Shown: piece after piece, positions 51,105 through 61,244 of the stretch | Layout of the letters: the number at the start of each line of letters is the position of its first letter | Position numbering within the stretch: position 1 is the first letter of the stretch | Origin: an uncultured Spirochaetota bacterium | GTDB lineage: Bacteria > Spirochaetota > Brevinematia > Brevinematales > JAOACQ01 | Assembly: GCA_963768055.1 (NCBI GenBank) | Contig: CAVYGN010000001.1 | Coordinates: 448,001 to 512,000 of the forward strand | DNA: 64,000 nucleotides | Direction: 5' to 3' | Position numbers and translations under genes: made by a program | Notes under the pieces: generated by a model | Database searches by the model: none | What the model was told of the DNA's origin: nothing | Seen by the model: only the letters and a program-made list of their open reading frames with translations

Positions 51105-51850
51105 ACCTCTTCTTCAACACAATACTGCTTATCTGGACCTGCATTGCCGCTTTAATTTTTGTTGCGCTTTTTTTTGTGACGGCGCCTTACGGAAGGCACA
51201 AAAAGCAGGGATGGGGCATTATGTTAAGTTCCAGGCTGGCCTGGCTTATTATGGAAACGCCCTCTCCAGTAATAATGCTTATGCTGTTCCTGACTAGTGC
51301 ATGGAATATTACCGCCTTGATTTTTCTTTTGATGTGGGAAACGCATTATGTTCACAGGGCGTTTATTTTTCCGTTCCGGAGGCGCAGTTCGGTCGCAAAC
51401 TTCCCTTTATCGATCCTTGCATTCGGAATAATTTTTAATTTTGTGAATGCCTATTTCAACGGCGGATATCTATTTCATCTCGCCCCGGAATATTCTCCCG
51501 CCTGGCTTCTCGATCCCCGCTTTATAGCCGGCTTTATCATATTTGCGGCCGGCATGGCTGTGAATATTTCTTCCGATTCCATACTCATCGATTTAAAAAA
51601 ACAAAACGGCGACGTTTATAAAATCCCTCAAAAGGGTTTGTTCAAAATGGTGTCGTGCCCGAATTATCTGGGCGAGATAATAGAGTGGTCGGGGTGGGCG
51701 ATAGCGACATGGTCTCTGCCAGGCCTGGCTTTCGCCGTATGGACTGCGGCGAACCTGGTGCCCAGGGCAAGGGCTAACCATTTGTGGTATAAACAGGAAT
51801 TCAGGGAATATCCGGCAGGCAGGAAAGCGCTTATTCCTTTCCTGTTTTAA
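51101..51850 (+). CDS. 3-oxo-5-alpha-steroid 4-dehydrogenase (steroid 5-alpha-reductase) family protein
   Basis: APYGRH, AW.IME.P, HYVHRA, YKIP..GLF..VSCPNYLGEIIEW, NLVPRA..NH.WY. Confidence 0.88.
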   Translation: MNLFFNTILLIWTCIAALIFVALFFVTAPYGRHKKQGWGIMLSSRLAWLIMETPSPVIMLMLFLTSAWNITALIFLLMWETHYVHRAFIFPFRRRSSVANFPLSILAFGIIFNFVNAYFNGGYLFHLAPEYSPAWLLDPRFIAGFIIFAAGMAVNISSDSILIDLKKQNGDVYKIPQKGLFKMVSCPNYLGEIIEWSGWAIATWSLPGLAFAVWTAANLVPRARANHLWYKQEFREYPAGRKALIPFLF

Positions 51851-51878
51851 AAAAACCGGCATAGGCCCTTGATTTTTC

Positions 51879-51907
51879 TTGAACTCTGAGTATTTTTATA
51901 ATATAAT
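51879..51907 (+). promoter_or_regulatory. Putative sigma70 promoter of the PilZ gene
   Basis: TTGAAC, 17 bp spacer, TATAAT. Confidence 0.55.
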
Positions 51908-51936
51908 AACCAAGTCATGCAACAGCGAGGTTTATT

Positions 51937-52230
51937 ATGGCCAGCGATTATTTTGAAGCGCGAAAAGCTGAAAGAAGGCCGGTCTGCATAGACGCTAATT
52001 ACGAGCTGAAGGGAATAAAAGCGGCTTGCGAAATTTTAGATATTTCATCGACAGGACTAAAAATGAGGGTAAAGGGGCTTCTTTATAAGGACGACCAGGT
52101 TAATATTAAAATGGATAATCAGATCTTTCCATCGGTGGTGATGAATGTCGATGGAAATATTATAGGCGTCAAATTCTCTCAATTATCCGACACTCACCTT
52201 GACTATCTTCTGAAGCTGAAAGATTTTTGA
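51937..52230 (+). CDS. PilZ domain protein
   Basis: RKAER (RxxxR) and DISSTG (DxSxxG). Confidence 0.85.
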   Translation: MASDYFEARKAERRPVCIDANYELKGIKAACEILDISSTGLKMRVKGLLYKDDQVNIKMDNQIFPSVVMNVDGNIIGVKFSQLSDTHLDYLLKLKDF

Positions 52231-52389
52231 TAAAAGCGCATTTTTTAATCGGATCCCTCATAATACTTCCCATAAAATCTTCCAGGAGAAAATGTGGAAC
52301 ATATTTTATGGTGTTTAGGGCATGAATTAGTTCTCGACGATCATAACCATCCTGTTGTTAAATACCGGAAATGGAGGTAGATTGAAAGT

Positions 52390-53655
52390 ATGGAAAACAA
52401 ATATTCGATCGAGACAATCATGGTTCATGGGGATTATGACCCTTATGAAAACAATCATTCGAGAATGGTCCCTATATATCAGACATCCGCTTTTTGCTAT
52501 GATAATTCCGAACATGCGGCGGAATTATTTGCGCTGAATCAGTCCGGGTTTATATATTCAAGATTGAATAATCCTACAGTCGATGAAGCCGAAAAGAGGA
52601 TTGCGCTTCTGGAAGGCGGGATCGGCGCCGTTGCCTTCAGCTCCGGAATGGCCGCAATTTCCGGTTTAATATTTAATTTTTTAAAATCGGGTGATGAAAT
52701 TATTGCCGCCAATTGCCTGTACGGAGCTTCCATAGGATTATTGAAAGACACCCTGAATAATTTCGGTATTCTGATGAATTTTTTCGATCCCGGGACGCCC
52801 GAAGACCTGGAAAAAAAAATCACAGCAAAAACAAGGATGGTTTTTATTGAAAATCTGGCCAATCCGGTATTATCCGTCCCGGATTTCAAAATGCTCTCTC
52901 AAATTGCGGGGAAAAACAATATTCCCCTTATCGTCGATAATACAATAGCTACCCCGTATTTATGCAGGCCGATCGAATACGGGGCCGATCTGGTAATCCA
53001 TTCATGCACAAAATATATGGAAGGCCATGGCAGTATTATCGGGGGCATGGTTGTAGATTCGGGCAAATTCGAGTGGGACCGGGAAAGGTATCCTTTATTA
53101 TTCGATCCTGCGCCGGACGGACAATCCTTTGTGAAAAAATACGGAAAATCGGCTTTTCTCATGCGGCTCAGGGGAAAGGTTTTGATGAATTTAGGCGGCT
53201 GCATGGCGCCTTTTAACGCATTTCTATTGATTCATGGCTTAGAATCCCTTCATGTCAGAATGGAAAGGCATTGCTCTAACGCTTACCATTTAGCGCAGTA
53301 TTTAAATAAGAATAAATCCGTTTCCTGGGTTTGTTATCCGGGGCTGGAGAGCCATTCTTCCCACAGGAATGCTAAAAAATACCTGAAAAACGGCTTCGGG
53401 GCTATGATCGGTTTCGGGTTAAAGGGCGGGTACGACGCATGCAGGAAGTTCATCGATAATATCAAACTTATATCGCATTCTACAAATATCGGCGATACCA
53501 AGACCCTGATAATCCATCCTGCAAGTTCAACCCACCGGGGCCTTTCGCCTGAAGACAGGAAATCCGCCGGAATATCGGACGATTTTATCAGAATTTCTGT
53601 CGGAATTGAAAATGTGAACGATTTGATAAATGCGATTGAAAATGCTCTGCCCTGA
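52390..53655 (+). CDS. metY: O-acetylhomoserine aminocarboxypropyltransferase/Cys-Met metabolism PLP enzyme, second paralog
   Basis: IYSRLNNPT, HSCTKYMEGHG, NIGDTKTLIIHPASSTH. Confidence 0.85.
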   Translation: MENKYSIETIMVHGDYDPYENNHSRMVPIYQTSAFCYDNSEHAAELFALNQSGFIYSRLNNPTVDEAEKRIALLEGGIGAVAFSSGMAAISGLIFNFLKSGDEIIAANCLYGASIGLLKDTLNNFGILMNFFDPGTPEDLEKKITAKTRMVFIENLANPVLSVPDFKMLSQIAGKNNIPLIVDNTIATPYLCRPIEYGADLVIHSCTKYMEGHGSIIGGMVVDSGKFEWDRERYPLLFDPAPDGQSFVKKYGKSAFLMRLRGKVLMNLGGCMAPFNAFLLIHGLESLHVRMERHCSNAYHLAQYLNKNKSVSWVCYPGLESHSSHRNAKKYLKNGFGAMIGFGLKGGYDACRKFIDNIKLISHSTNIGDTKTLIIHPASSTHRGLSPEDRKSAGISDDFIRISVGIENVNDLINAIENALP

Positions 53656-53842
53656 AGCCTGACGGGAGAACGTCCCTTCGGTCCCTGCTTGCTGCTTGCC
53701 GGCAGGCCCCCCAGGTATGCCGACGGACAGGCCGCTGTCGATAACGGACAGCCAGGCTGGCTTTCGATCTTGCAGGATCAACCGGCGACATATGGGTAGC
53801 CGATGTGGTAGAGGATTTATCCGATTAACGACTATTTTCCGA

Positions 53843-55543
53843 TCACGATTTTCCCGATTCATATTCCCTTTCGAGGTCCCTGAATGAAACCTTGCCGATC
53901 ATTGTCTGCGGGAGGGACGTCCTGAACTCGATCCCGGCGGGGACGCTCCATTTATTGAGATTCTTCCTGCAGTACTCGATAATTTCCTCTTCCTTGCCCT
54001 TTGAAGCCTTTGACGGGTCCCTTAAAACGACATATGCCTTAAGGACCTGCATTTTATATTCATCGGGAATTCCTATGACGCAGGACAACGATATATCGGG
54101 GTGGCTGTCGAGGACTTCTTCGACCTGTACCGGGGAGACGCTTATCCCGGAAACCTTTACAATCCTTTTCATTCTCAGCTTGAAATAAACATAACCGTCG
54201 CCGTCCATCGAACATAAGTCCCCGGTATGAAGCCAGAGCCTGCCGTCGTCATGTTTTTTAAGAGTCAGGGCCGTATCGTCCGCGCTGTTCAGGTAGCCGA
54301 GCATAACGGTCGGGCCGCTGATGCACAATTCCCCATCGGTACCTGTTTCGGCTTCGATGCAGGTTCCCGGTACCGTGATTTTTGCGAGCATGTCGGGCAG
54401 CGGGATCCCCATGCTTCCCGCCCTGTATCTTTTACTTGGGGTTACGATGCAGGCTGTCACTGATTCAGTAAGCCCGTAACCCTCCAGCAATTCGGCTTTC
54501 CCCCCCTGTTTTTTTATCAAAGCGTCGAACCTTTCCTTGATGCTTGAGGGCAGCTTGTCTCCGCCCGCGTAAGCGGTTTTCAGGCATTCAAGGCTAATGC
54601 GGTTCATGATTTTATTGCGCAGCAGGGCTTCGAAAAGGGTAGGCACTCCGGCTATATATTGAGGTTTGTTCTTTTTTATGAGCACGGCGACGGATTCCGG
54701 AGTAAAACGGGGGATAAGTACGCACCTGCCGCCGCCTATTAAAAAGGTATGGATGCAAACGCCCAGGCCGAAACCGTGGAACATAGGGAGAATCGACAGG
54801 ATAGTGTCTCCGGGAAGTATAGGCCCCTGTGTCGCCGTCTGCAGGCCAAGGGCGTTAAAATTCCGATTTGACAGCATTATGCCCTTAGGAACTCCGGTAG
54901 TGCCGCCGCTGTAAAGTATCACTGCGCATTCATCCGGACCGGGCGTCTGTCCGTTTTTACCCCTTAAGCCCGTATTTTTCAGGAACACTCTCCAGCTGAG
55001 AATGCGGCTGTCATCTTTAGGCGGTTTCCTGATTTTACGGCCGCTGACAAAGTAAAACGCTAAACCTTTCAAAGGGTCCAGATAATCCGTTATCTTTGCG
55101 ATGATGATTTTTTTTACTTCCGTCTTATCGATAACCTGTTCAAATTTGTGATAAAACGCATCGAGGACGGCGGCCCATACACTGCTGCTGTTCTTCAAAT
55201 AAAACTCTATTTCAGCCGGTGTGCTGAGGGGATGGATCATGCTGGCGACCGCACCTATTTTATTCAGAGCGTAAAAAAGGATGAGGGCTTGAGGGCAGTT
55301 AGGCAGGCACAAAGTCACGACGTCACCCCTGCAAAGACCCCGGCTGATTAAAGCGCCGGCTGCGGTATCGATATCCGCTAAAAGTTCCCTGTATGAAGAC
55401 CTTCTTCCCATGAATTCATACGCAATTTTACCGCCGAAATTGTTTGCGGCGTCGCTGACCATTTGATACATGTTTTTATCAGGATAGTTTATGGAATGGG
55501 GAATATCACCGTAGAATTTTAGCCAGGGTTTTTTTTCATACAT
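53843..55543 (-). CDS. Long-chain fatty acid-CoA ligase
   Basis: YSGGTTGVPKG, EGYGLTE, WLHTGD, GKV. Confidence 0.9.
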   Translation of the reverse strand: MYEKKPWLKFYGDIPHSINYPDKNMYQMVSDAANNFGGKIAYEFMGRRSSYRELLADIDTAAGALISRGLCRGDVVTLCLPNCPQALILFYALNKIGAVASMIHPLSTPAEIEFYLKNSSSVWAAVLDAFYHKFEQVIDKTEVKKIIIAKITDYLDPLKGLAFYFVSGRKIRKPPKDDSRILSWRVFLKNTGLRGKNGQTPGPDECAVILYSGGTTGVPKGIMLSNRNFNALGLQTATQGPILPGDTILSILPMFHGFGLGVCIHTFLIGGGRCVLIPRFTPESVAVLIKKNKPQYIAGVPTLFEALLRNKIMNRISLECLKTAYAGGDKLPSSIKERFDALIKKQGGKAELLEGYGLTESVTACIVTPSKRYRAGSMGIPLPDMLAKITVPGTCIEAETGTDGELCISGPTVMLGYLNSADDTALTLKKHDDGRLWLHTGDLCSMDGDGYVYFKLRMKRIVKVSGISVSPVQVEEVLDSHPDISLSCVIGIPDEYKMQVLKAYVVLRDPSKASKGKEEEIIEYCRKNLNKWSVPAGIEFRTSLPQTMIGKVSFRDLEREYESGKS

Positions 55544-55564
55544 GGCGCTGCTCCTGGATGAATT

Positions 55565-56446
55565 TTACCGGGAGCTTTTAAATGATAAAATCTCCTCGGC
55601 GGATATTTCGGTTTTTTCCAGCAATTCGGGATTTTCGATCAAATTCCGGAAAAGAACAAGAGATCTGGCGTTATAAAAACCTTCGGTTATTCTTTCATCA
55701 AAAGTAAAGGAAACGTCTATGCATTCCAGGGCGGCAATACGGTCATTTTCATCGACCACAGCTTCTTTATGAAGTTTACCTATTACCATGAAGATGCTCG
55801 CGCTTCCATATTCGAAAAGATGATGAAAAGGCGCTTCAAGCCCTATGCTGCCTAAGTTTGCAAGATAGACTGTCGTGTAAAGAGGTATGGCGTTCATAAG
55901 AAAACCCGGCAGGATGTTATGATAATCGAGAAAGCGGATCAGCCAGGCTATGAAATTTATCACCGGCCTCGGTAATGAAGCCACGATATCGACAAGCTTA
56001 TCGTCGTCGCCCTTCGAATCGCTCCTGGCGATGTTTAAATGCCGGTTGACAAGCTCCCTGGCTTCCGCAAGAGTTTCCTTGCCCGTGAATACGATCCTCG
56101 AGTTTGTCTCGGCCGATTCCTCGGTAAAATCTTTTTTCACTATAAACGTTATGCTGATATCCGTATGTTCGTAAATTCTGCGGCCGGCCACAAAACGGTT
56201 AAGCTCCGGCCTTAGCTTGATAGTCCGAGTAATGGCGGCCAGGAAGACATGGAAAATTGTGATCCTGTCTTCACGGTTTTTGCCCTTGTTAATCTTCTCA
56301 AGATGTGCAAGCATCCTGTCCGCATAAATTTTCTGATTGAAATAAATCACAGATTCCATGCGTGTTTTCATAAGGTAGGGGAATATTCTCCGGAACGAAG
56401 GGAGTTTTTTCAGGTAAATGCCGTCTTTCCTTCCTGTAAAAGCCAT
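55565..56446 (-). CDS. 2-oxoacid dehydrogenase E2-like acyltransferase catalytic domain only
   Basis: P.LNRFV, NLGSIG, TFDERITEG in place of DHRxxDG; no lipoyl domain. Confidence 0.75.
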   Translation of the reverse strand: MAFTGRKDGIYLKKLPSFRRIFPYLMKTRMESVIYFNQKIYADRMLAHLEKINKGKNREDRITIFHVFLAAITRTIKLRPELNRFVAGRRIYEHTDISITFIVKKDFTEESAETNSRIVFTGKETLAEARELVNRHLNIARSDSKGDDDKLVDIVASLPRPVINFIAWLIRFLDYHNILPGFLMNAIPLYTTVYLANLGSIGLEAPFHHLFEYGSASIFMVIGKLHKEAVVDENDRIAALECIDVSFTFDERITEGFYNARSLVLFRNLIENPELLEKTEISAEEILSFKSSR

Positions 56447-56476
56447 AAAAAACCCTCTCTATAACCCCGGATATTA

Positions 56477-56505
56477 ATTATAATTCTATTATTGCTTAAT
56501 TGCAA
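56477..56505 (-). promoter_or_regulatory. Putative sigma70 promoter of the E2-like/CoA-ligase operon
   Basis: TTGCAA, 17 bp spacer, TATAAT on minus strand. Confidence 0.5.
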
Positions 56506-56541
56506 CAGGAAAATTCTGACAGAGAAAGAAATCAGATCATT

Positions 56542-57264
56542 TTACCATGGAACTTTTCCGGTATCATCGAAAAATCCGCCTGTCGGACCATTTTCATCTA
56601 AAGTAGCTAATCTGAGAATAACCGCGGCCGCCTGCTGAACAGTCCGGGTGCCTCTGAAGGCGTTTAAATCCGTAGCGGTATAACCCGGAGCCGCCGCATT
56701 GAACTTGAGGGGGGTGTTTTTAAATTCCCTTGCAAATTGCACTGTCAAAGCGTTGACGGCTGTTTTAGAACTGTTATAAGCAAGGGCAAGTAAACTTGAG
56801 GATTCCGGCCTGCTGTTCAATTCGAGCGAACCAAGGCTGCTGGAGATATTCACAATCCTTCCTGCCGGCGATTTTTTCAGCAGCGGAATCATTGCCCTGG
56901 TTACTGCAAACAAGCCGAAAAAGTTGGTTTCAAAAGTTTCTTTTAAAACAGCCGGTTCCAGCCGGCTCGGCAAAGCGCCCTTTTCCAGGGAAATGCCCGC
57001 ATTATTAATAAGCACGTCAAGCGATCCGTATTCTTTTTCAATAAGTCCCTTTGCGGCGTCAATGGTATCCTGCTTCGTAACATCAAGTAATATAAAGCGT
57101 GCGGCAATGCCTTCAATTTTTAAAACCGATTCCGCTTTCCTGCCCCTCTGGTCATTCCTTGAGCCAAGAAGCACTTCAAAACCCCTCTGGCCCAGCTGCC
57201 TTGCCGTTTCAAAGCCGATCCCCTTATTAGCCCCCGTTATCAGGACGGTCTTTGCTTTATTCAT
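56542..57264 (-). CDS. Short-chain dehydrogenase (carbonyl reductase-like)
   Basis: TGANKGIG, NNAG, YNSSK, PGYTATDLN. Confidence 0.9.
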   Translation of the reverse strand: MNKAKTVLITGANKGIGFETARQLGQRGFEVLLGSRNDQRGRKAESVLKIEGIAARFILLDVTKQDTIDAAKGLIEKEYGSLDVLINNAGISLEKGALPSRLEPAVLKETFETNFFGLFAVTRAMIPLLKKSPAGRIVNISSSLGSLELNSRPESSSLLALAYNSSKTAVNALTVQFAREFKNTPLKFNAAAPGYTATDLNAFRGTRTVQQAAAVILRLATLDENGPTGGFFDDTGKVPW

Positions 57265-57315
57265 AATAATTACCTCAATATTTAATCTGTACTATGTTCG
57301 AAAAATAAAGATTTA

Positions 57316-57540
57316 TCAGGCCGCCTTCTTATCAGTATTCTTGAAGAACAGGGGCTTCAGAATAGCTCGAACCTTTTGATGTAATTCAATCTTCTCCATG
57401 AGTTCATCAAGTATCTCAATTTTGAAAAGGAGAAGTAATAATTCTTTTGTCCTCTGCTTATCTTTAGAAATGAGGCAGGCATGCTTTGTCATCATTTTCC
57501 TTGTTTTGATCAATTGGTTTAATCTCGCATTATCCGGCAT
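57316..57540 (-). CDS. Small hypothetical protein
   Basis: 74 aa ORF with GGAGG RBS, fills intergenic gap. Confidence 0.55.
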   Translation of the reverse strand: MPDNARLNQLIKTRKMMTKHACLISKDKQRTKELLLLLFKIEILDELMEKIELHQKVRAILKPLFFKNTDKKAA

Positions 57541-57721
57541 AAATAACCTCCCGCTTATTATTTTTTAAAGTTAAACAATATTGCATCTAAAGTCAAAACT
57601 TCTCCTTGCCGGCTATGAATATTCTGAAAGCCGGGCCTCATAACGGAATTTTGATAAAAACGCCTGTCAGGGTTAGAATAATAGAGGAGTATTGGTGCTG
57701 CTTTTCCTTAGGGAGGATATT

Positions 57722-58078
57722 TTGCTGGAATCGAGACTTACCCGGGTTCAGGTCAATATTAAGGCAAATTATGAGTTGAAAGGAAATCAGGGAGAATGCA
57801 ATATTATTGATATATCGTCAGGCGGTGTCGGTATATCGGCCAGGCAGACTTTTGTTCCCGGCGATTTGATACATGTCATTTTCCGGATTCCATCAGGCAA
57901 AAAAGAGGAAATTGATTTTTGGGGCATCGTTAAAAATGTTAAAAACAATATCATTGGTTTGAAATATGAAGAAATTTCCCATGAGGATGTTGAAAGGATT
58001 GACAATTATATGGCAATTTTGCTTGGACAGGGGGGTAAAAGGTCAAACGAATATTTTGATACCATCCTGGACAAGTAA
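57722..58078 (+). CDS. PilZ domain protein
   Basis: DISSGG; similar to 51937 protein (ANYELKG shared); TTG start after GGAGG. Confidence 0.8.
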   Translation: MLESRLTRVQVNIKANYELKGNQGECNIIDISSGGVGISARQTFVPGDLIHVIFRIPSGKKEEIDFWGIVKNVKNNIIGLKYEEISHEDVERIDNYMAILLGQGGKRSNEYFDTILDK

Positions 58079-58111
58079 ACCGAATAGATAACAGCGATGG
58101 AGAGGGATATT

Positions 58112-58471
58112 ATGATTAATTATTCCAGAAAGGGCCTGGCAAGGGAATTGGGCGTCGGGATTGAGACATTAAGATACTATGAAAAGATGGAATTAATTAA
58201 GCCTCCTGTGAGAACGGGCAATGGCTACAGGGTTTATACCGAAGAAGACGCTTTTAAAGTCAAGCATATTTTAGGAGCAAAAAAATTCGGATTTTCTTTA
58301 AAAGAAATCAAGGCTGTGATAGATAAATCGGAAAAAACGGAAATTAATGACGGGGAAATCGAGTTTTTATTGAGAAATAAAATTAAAGATATTGATAATC
58401 AAATCGATGATTTAAAAAAACTTAAGGATCTTATCCTGGAATATATCGATCCAGCACGGACTGATCGATGA
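58112..58471 (+). CDS. MerR family transcriptional regulator (no Cys)
   Basis: ETLRYYE, R..NGYRVY, GFSLKEI; start may be 58097. Confidence 0.88.
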   Translation: MINYSRKGLARELGVGIETLRYYEKMELIKPPVRTGNGYRVYTEEDAFKVKHILGAKKFGFSLKEIKAVIDKSEKTEINDGEIEFLLRNKIKDIDNQIDDLKKLKDLILEYIDPARTDR

Positions 58472-58548
58472 ATACCGTCTGTATATACACCCGGCCGTTC
58501 TCGGAGGAGGAAAGCCGATGGGGATAAACTGTTGAATAACGAGGATAT

Positions 58549-59124
58549 GTGAATTTAATAAACAGAATATGTGTAAATTGCGGTTCAAACTTCGGCTCGA
58601 AAGAATTATACAAAACGGAAGCCGGGAAACTTGGAAAATATCTTGCGAAAAATAAAATCGGTCTGGTTTACGGCGGAGCCGATGCCGGCCTGATGGGCGA
58701 GATGGCAAATGCGGCCCTTTCGGAAAACGGCGAAGTTATCGGGGTTATTCCTGAATCGATATCTGAAAAAGTCGGCCATAAAGGCTTGTCAAAATTATAT
58801 ATCGTAAGTACCATGCATGAAAGAAAAAAACTGATGTTTGATCTATCGGACGGTTTTATTGCATTTCCGGGCGGAATTGGAACACTGGAAGAGATTTTTG
58901 AATTATTGACCTGGGCGCAATTAGGATTTCATAATAAACCATGCGGTTTTCTGAATCCCGGAAATTATTATGATAAATTGTTTGAATTCCTAGACAAAGC
59001 GGAAGAAGACCAATTTATAAAAAAACAGCACAGAGAAATGATAATGAAAGAAAAGGATATTGAAACTTTGATTGAATTATTTAAAAATTATAAAGCGCCG
59101 GCCATTGAAAAATGGATAAAATGA
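58549..59124 (+). CDS. LOG family nucleotide phosphoribohydrolase
   Basis: LVYGG..GLMG, MHERK, PGGIGTLEE. Confidence 0.92.
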   Translation: MNLINRICVNCGSNFGSKELYKTEAGKLGKYLAKNKIGLVYGGADAGLMGEMANAALSENGEVIGVIPESISEKVGHKGLSKLYIVSTMHERKKLMFDLSDGFIAFPGGIGTLEEIFELLTWAQLGFHNKPCGFLNPGNYYDKLFEFLDKAEEDQFIKKQHREMIMKEKDIETLIELFKNYKAPAIEKWIK

Positions 59125-59160
59125 AACCCCTGCGTTATTTTTATCGCGGAGGAAAAATTT

Positions 59161-59406
59161 ATGAAAATCGGGAAAAGATTGGAAACCTGGGTGATAATTA
59201 TAAGCCTTATAATTATCACATTGGTATCCTTCCATTCAGTATGGGAGATCCATTATTTGAAAACATTTTATCCGAAAAGCTTTACCGTAGCCGAATCTTT
59301 CTATGCGTCCATTGTTGAGCTGATCAAAGTCGCCCTGATCTCCCTTCCTCTTGTATTGATCTCTCTCGTCTGCATTTATTTTGCAGGAAGACAGGATAAA
59401 AAATAG
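59161..59406 (+). CDS. Small two-TM hypothetical protein
   Basis: GGAGG RBS, two hydrophobic segments. Confidence 0.55.
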   Translation: MKIGKRLETWVIIISLIIITLVSFHSVWEIHYLKTFYPKSFTVAESFYASIVELIKVALISLPLVLISLVCIYFAGRQDKK

Positions 59407-59566
59407 CCGAGGATTTTTCAATGAAAGATAAAATTTCTTCAACAATCTCCTGTATATATGGATTTTGAAACCGAGGGCAACGTTGAAGTATTTGACGCAA
59501 ACGACAATATGACTCTACAGGCCGAGTTTGAATGGTTCGTTCAGAAATTAAAAGGTGGAAACTAAA

Positions 59567-60166
59567 ATGAGAGAAATAGTTACAATATTATTCAATAACT
59601 TTGAAACCCTGGATGTTTTTGGACCAATAGAGGTATTTGGAAGATTAAAGGATAAATTTAATCCGCAATTCTATTCCCTGAATGGCGGGATTATTGTGAG
59701 CAGTCAAAAGGTTCCAACAATGACCAAACCGATAGCGGAAATAAATTCGAATAATTACATATTGTTTATTCCCGGTGGAATCGGAACAAGGGAATTGTTT
59801 AAGGATGAGGTATTTATTGATAAGCTTAAGTCATTATCGAAAAATGCTGAGTTTATATTTGCCGTCTGTACAGGGGCAATTCTATTCTCAAAAACGGGTT
59901 TATTAAATGGCAAAAGAGCGACTTCAAACAAACGGTTTTTTGAAATAACAAATGAATCTCCCGATGTCGTTTGGATAAAAAAAGCTCGATGGATTAAAGA
60001 TGGGAATATTTACACCAGCTCAGGCATTAGCGCCGGAATTGATATGACATTAGGATTTATTTCCGATTTATTGGGATATCCTATAGCAAAACAGCAGAGC
60101 AATGAAATGGAATATAATTGGAATGAAGACCCTGAACATGACCCATTTTCCGAATTATATAAATAA
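59567..60166 (+). CDS. DJ-1/PfpI family protein
   Basis: ETLDVFGP.E, PGG.G, VCTGA, SSGISAGIDM. Confidence 0.9.
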   Translation: MREIVTILFNNFETLDVFGPIEVFGRLKDKFNPQFYSLNGGIIVSSQKVPTMTKPIAEINSNNYILFIPGGIGTRELFKDEVFIDKLKSLSKNAEFIFAVCTGAILFSKTGLLNGKRATSNKRFFEITNESPDVVWIKKARWIKDGNIYTSSGISAGIDMTLGFISDLLGYPIAKQQSNEMEYNWNEDPEHDPFSELYK

Positions 60167-60183
60167 ATATGGAGGCTGCTTGA

Positions 60184-61011
60184 ATGAAAGATAAAATTAT
60201 CGTAATAACCGGCGCAAGTGACGGCATAGGAGAAGCGGCAGCAAGGCTTCTGAAAGCTCTAGGTGCAAATGTCATTATAGTCGGAAGATCCACGGTTAAG
60301 ACTAAAAAAGTCGCCGATGATCTTAAATCTCCCTATTATATTGCAGATTTTACAAAGTTGGACGATGTAAGAAAATTAGCCGGACAATTAAAAAAGGATT
60401 TTCCAAGAATTGATGTTCTGGCTAATAATGCAGGCGGAATAATGAGCAGCAAACGAATCCTGACGGTCGACGGTTACGAAATGACGATCCAGGTCAATCA
60501 TCTTGCACCGTTCCTTTTGACAAATCTATTGCTCGATACGCTGATCGCTTCAAAAGCAGCCGTTATCGCGACATCAAGTCTCGGCCATTATACGGCAGGG
60601 AAACTTGATCTGGGAGATATCAATCTTGAACATAATTATTCACAGCAAAGCGCCTATGGTAAAGGCAAGCTTATGAATATTCTGTTCACACGGGAGCTGC
60701 ACAGGCGGTACAATCTCCAGGGTATTTCGGCGGCCTCCTTCCACCCCGGGGCTGTCAGAACCAGTTTTTCCGCCGAATTCGGCGGGATCTGGAAATTTGT
60801 ATATTCTTCATTTATAAATCGTTTGCTGCTTTCCCCGGCACAGGGAGCCGATACCCTGGTTTGGCTGGCTACCTCTGAACCGGGTAAAGACTGGCGATCC
60901 GGGGAATATTTCGAAAAAAGGAAAATTATCAAATCCAGCAAACAAGCCCGGGATTCAAAGCTTGCATTTGACCTCTGGGAACTTTCATCTAAACTGACTA
61001 ATATTAAATAA
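60184..61011 (+). CDS. Short-chain dehydrogenase (retinol dehydrogenase-like)
   Basis: TGASDGIG, NNAG, VNHLAPFLLT, YGKGK, HPGAV. Confidence 0.9.
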   Translation: MKDKIIVITGASDGIGEAAARLLKALGANVIIVGRSTVKTKKVADDLKSPYYIADFTKLDDVRKLAGQLKKDFPRIDVLANNAGGIMSSKRILTVDGYEMTIQVNHLAPFLLTNLLLDTLIASKAAVIATSSLGHYTAGKLDLGDINLEHNYSQQSAYGKGKLMNILFTRELHRRYNLQGISAASFHPGAVRTSFSAEFGGIWKFVYSSFINRLLLSPAQGADTLVWLATSEPGKDWRSGEYFEKRKIIKSSKQARDSKLAFDLWELSSKLTNIK

Positions 61012-61022
61012 GGGAGGGAATT

Positions 61023-61211
61023 ATGGAAGAAGGTATATCAATCCGGATCCTGTTCGGTCCAGAAGAAACACAATTTTATAATAATATAGAAAAACATTGC
61101 CTGGATAGGGGGATCAGCACATCAATTTATATCAAGGAATTGATAAAAAGGGACCTGGGTTGGGGCCAGTTCATGAAACCGAGAAAATCCACCGGTGTCA
61201 ATCGGGGATAG
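61023..61211 (+). CDS. Small hypothetical protein, possibly ribbon-helix-helix
   Basis: GGAGG RBS; strand-helix-helix pattern ending S.YIKELIKRDL. Confidence 0.5.
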   Translation: MEEGISIRILFGPEETQFYNNIEKHCLDRGISTSIYIKELIKRDLGWGQFMKPRKSTGVNRG

Positions 61212-61244
61212 AATAATTGACGCTTATTTTAGGGGATAATGTGA

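Noticed and set aside
53655..53843. GC-rich region between convergent genes as an ncRNA or small ORF
   Set aside because: Only short hairpins, no recognisable family, ORFs lack RBS or motifs
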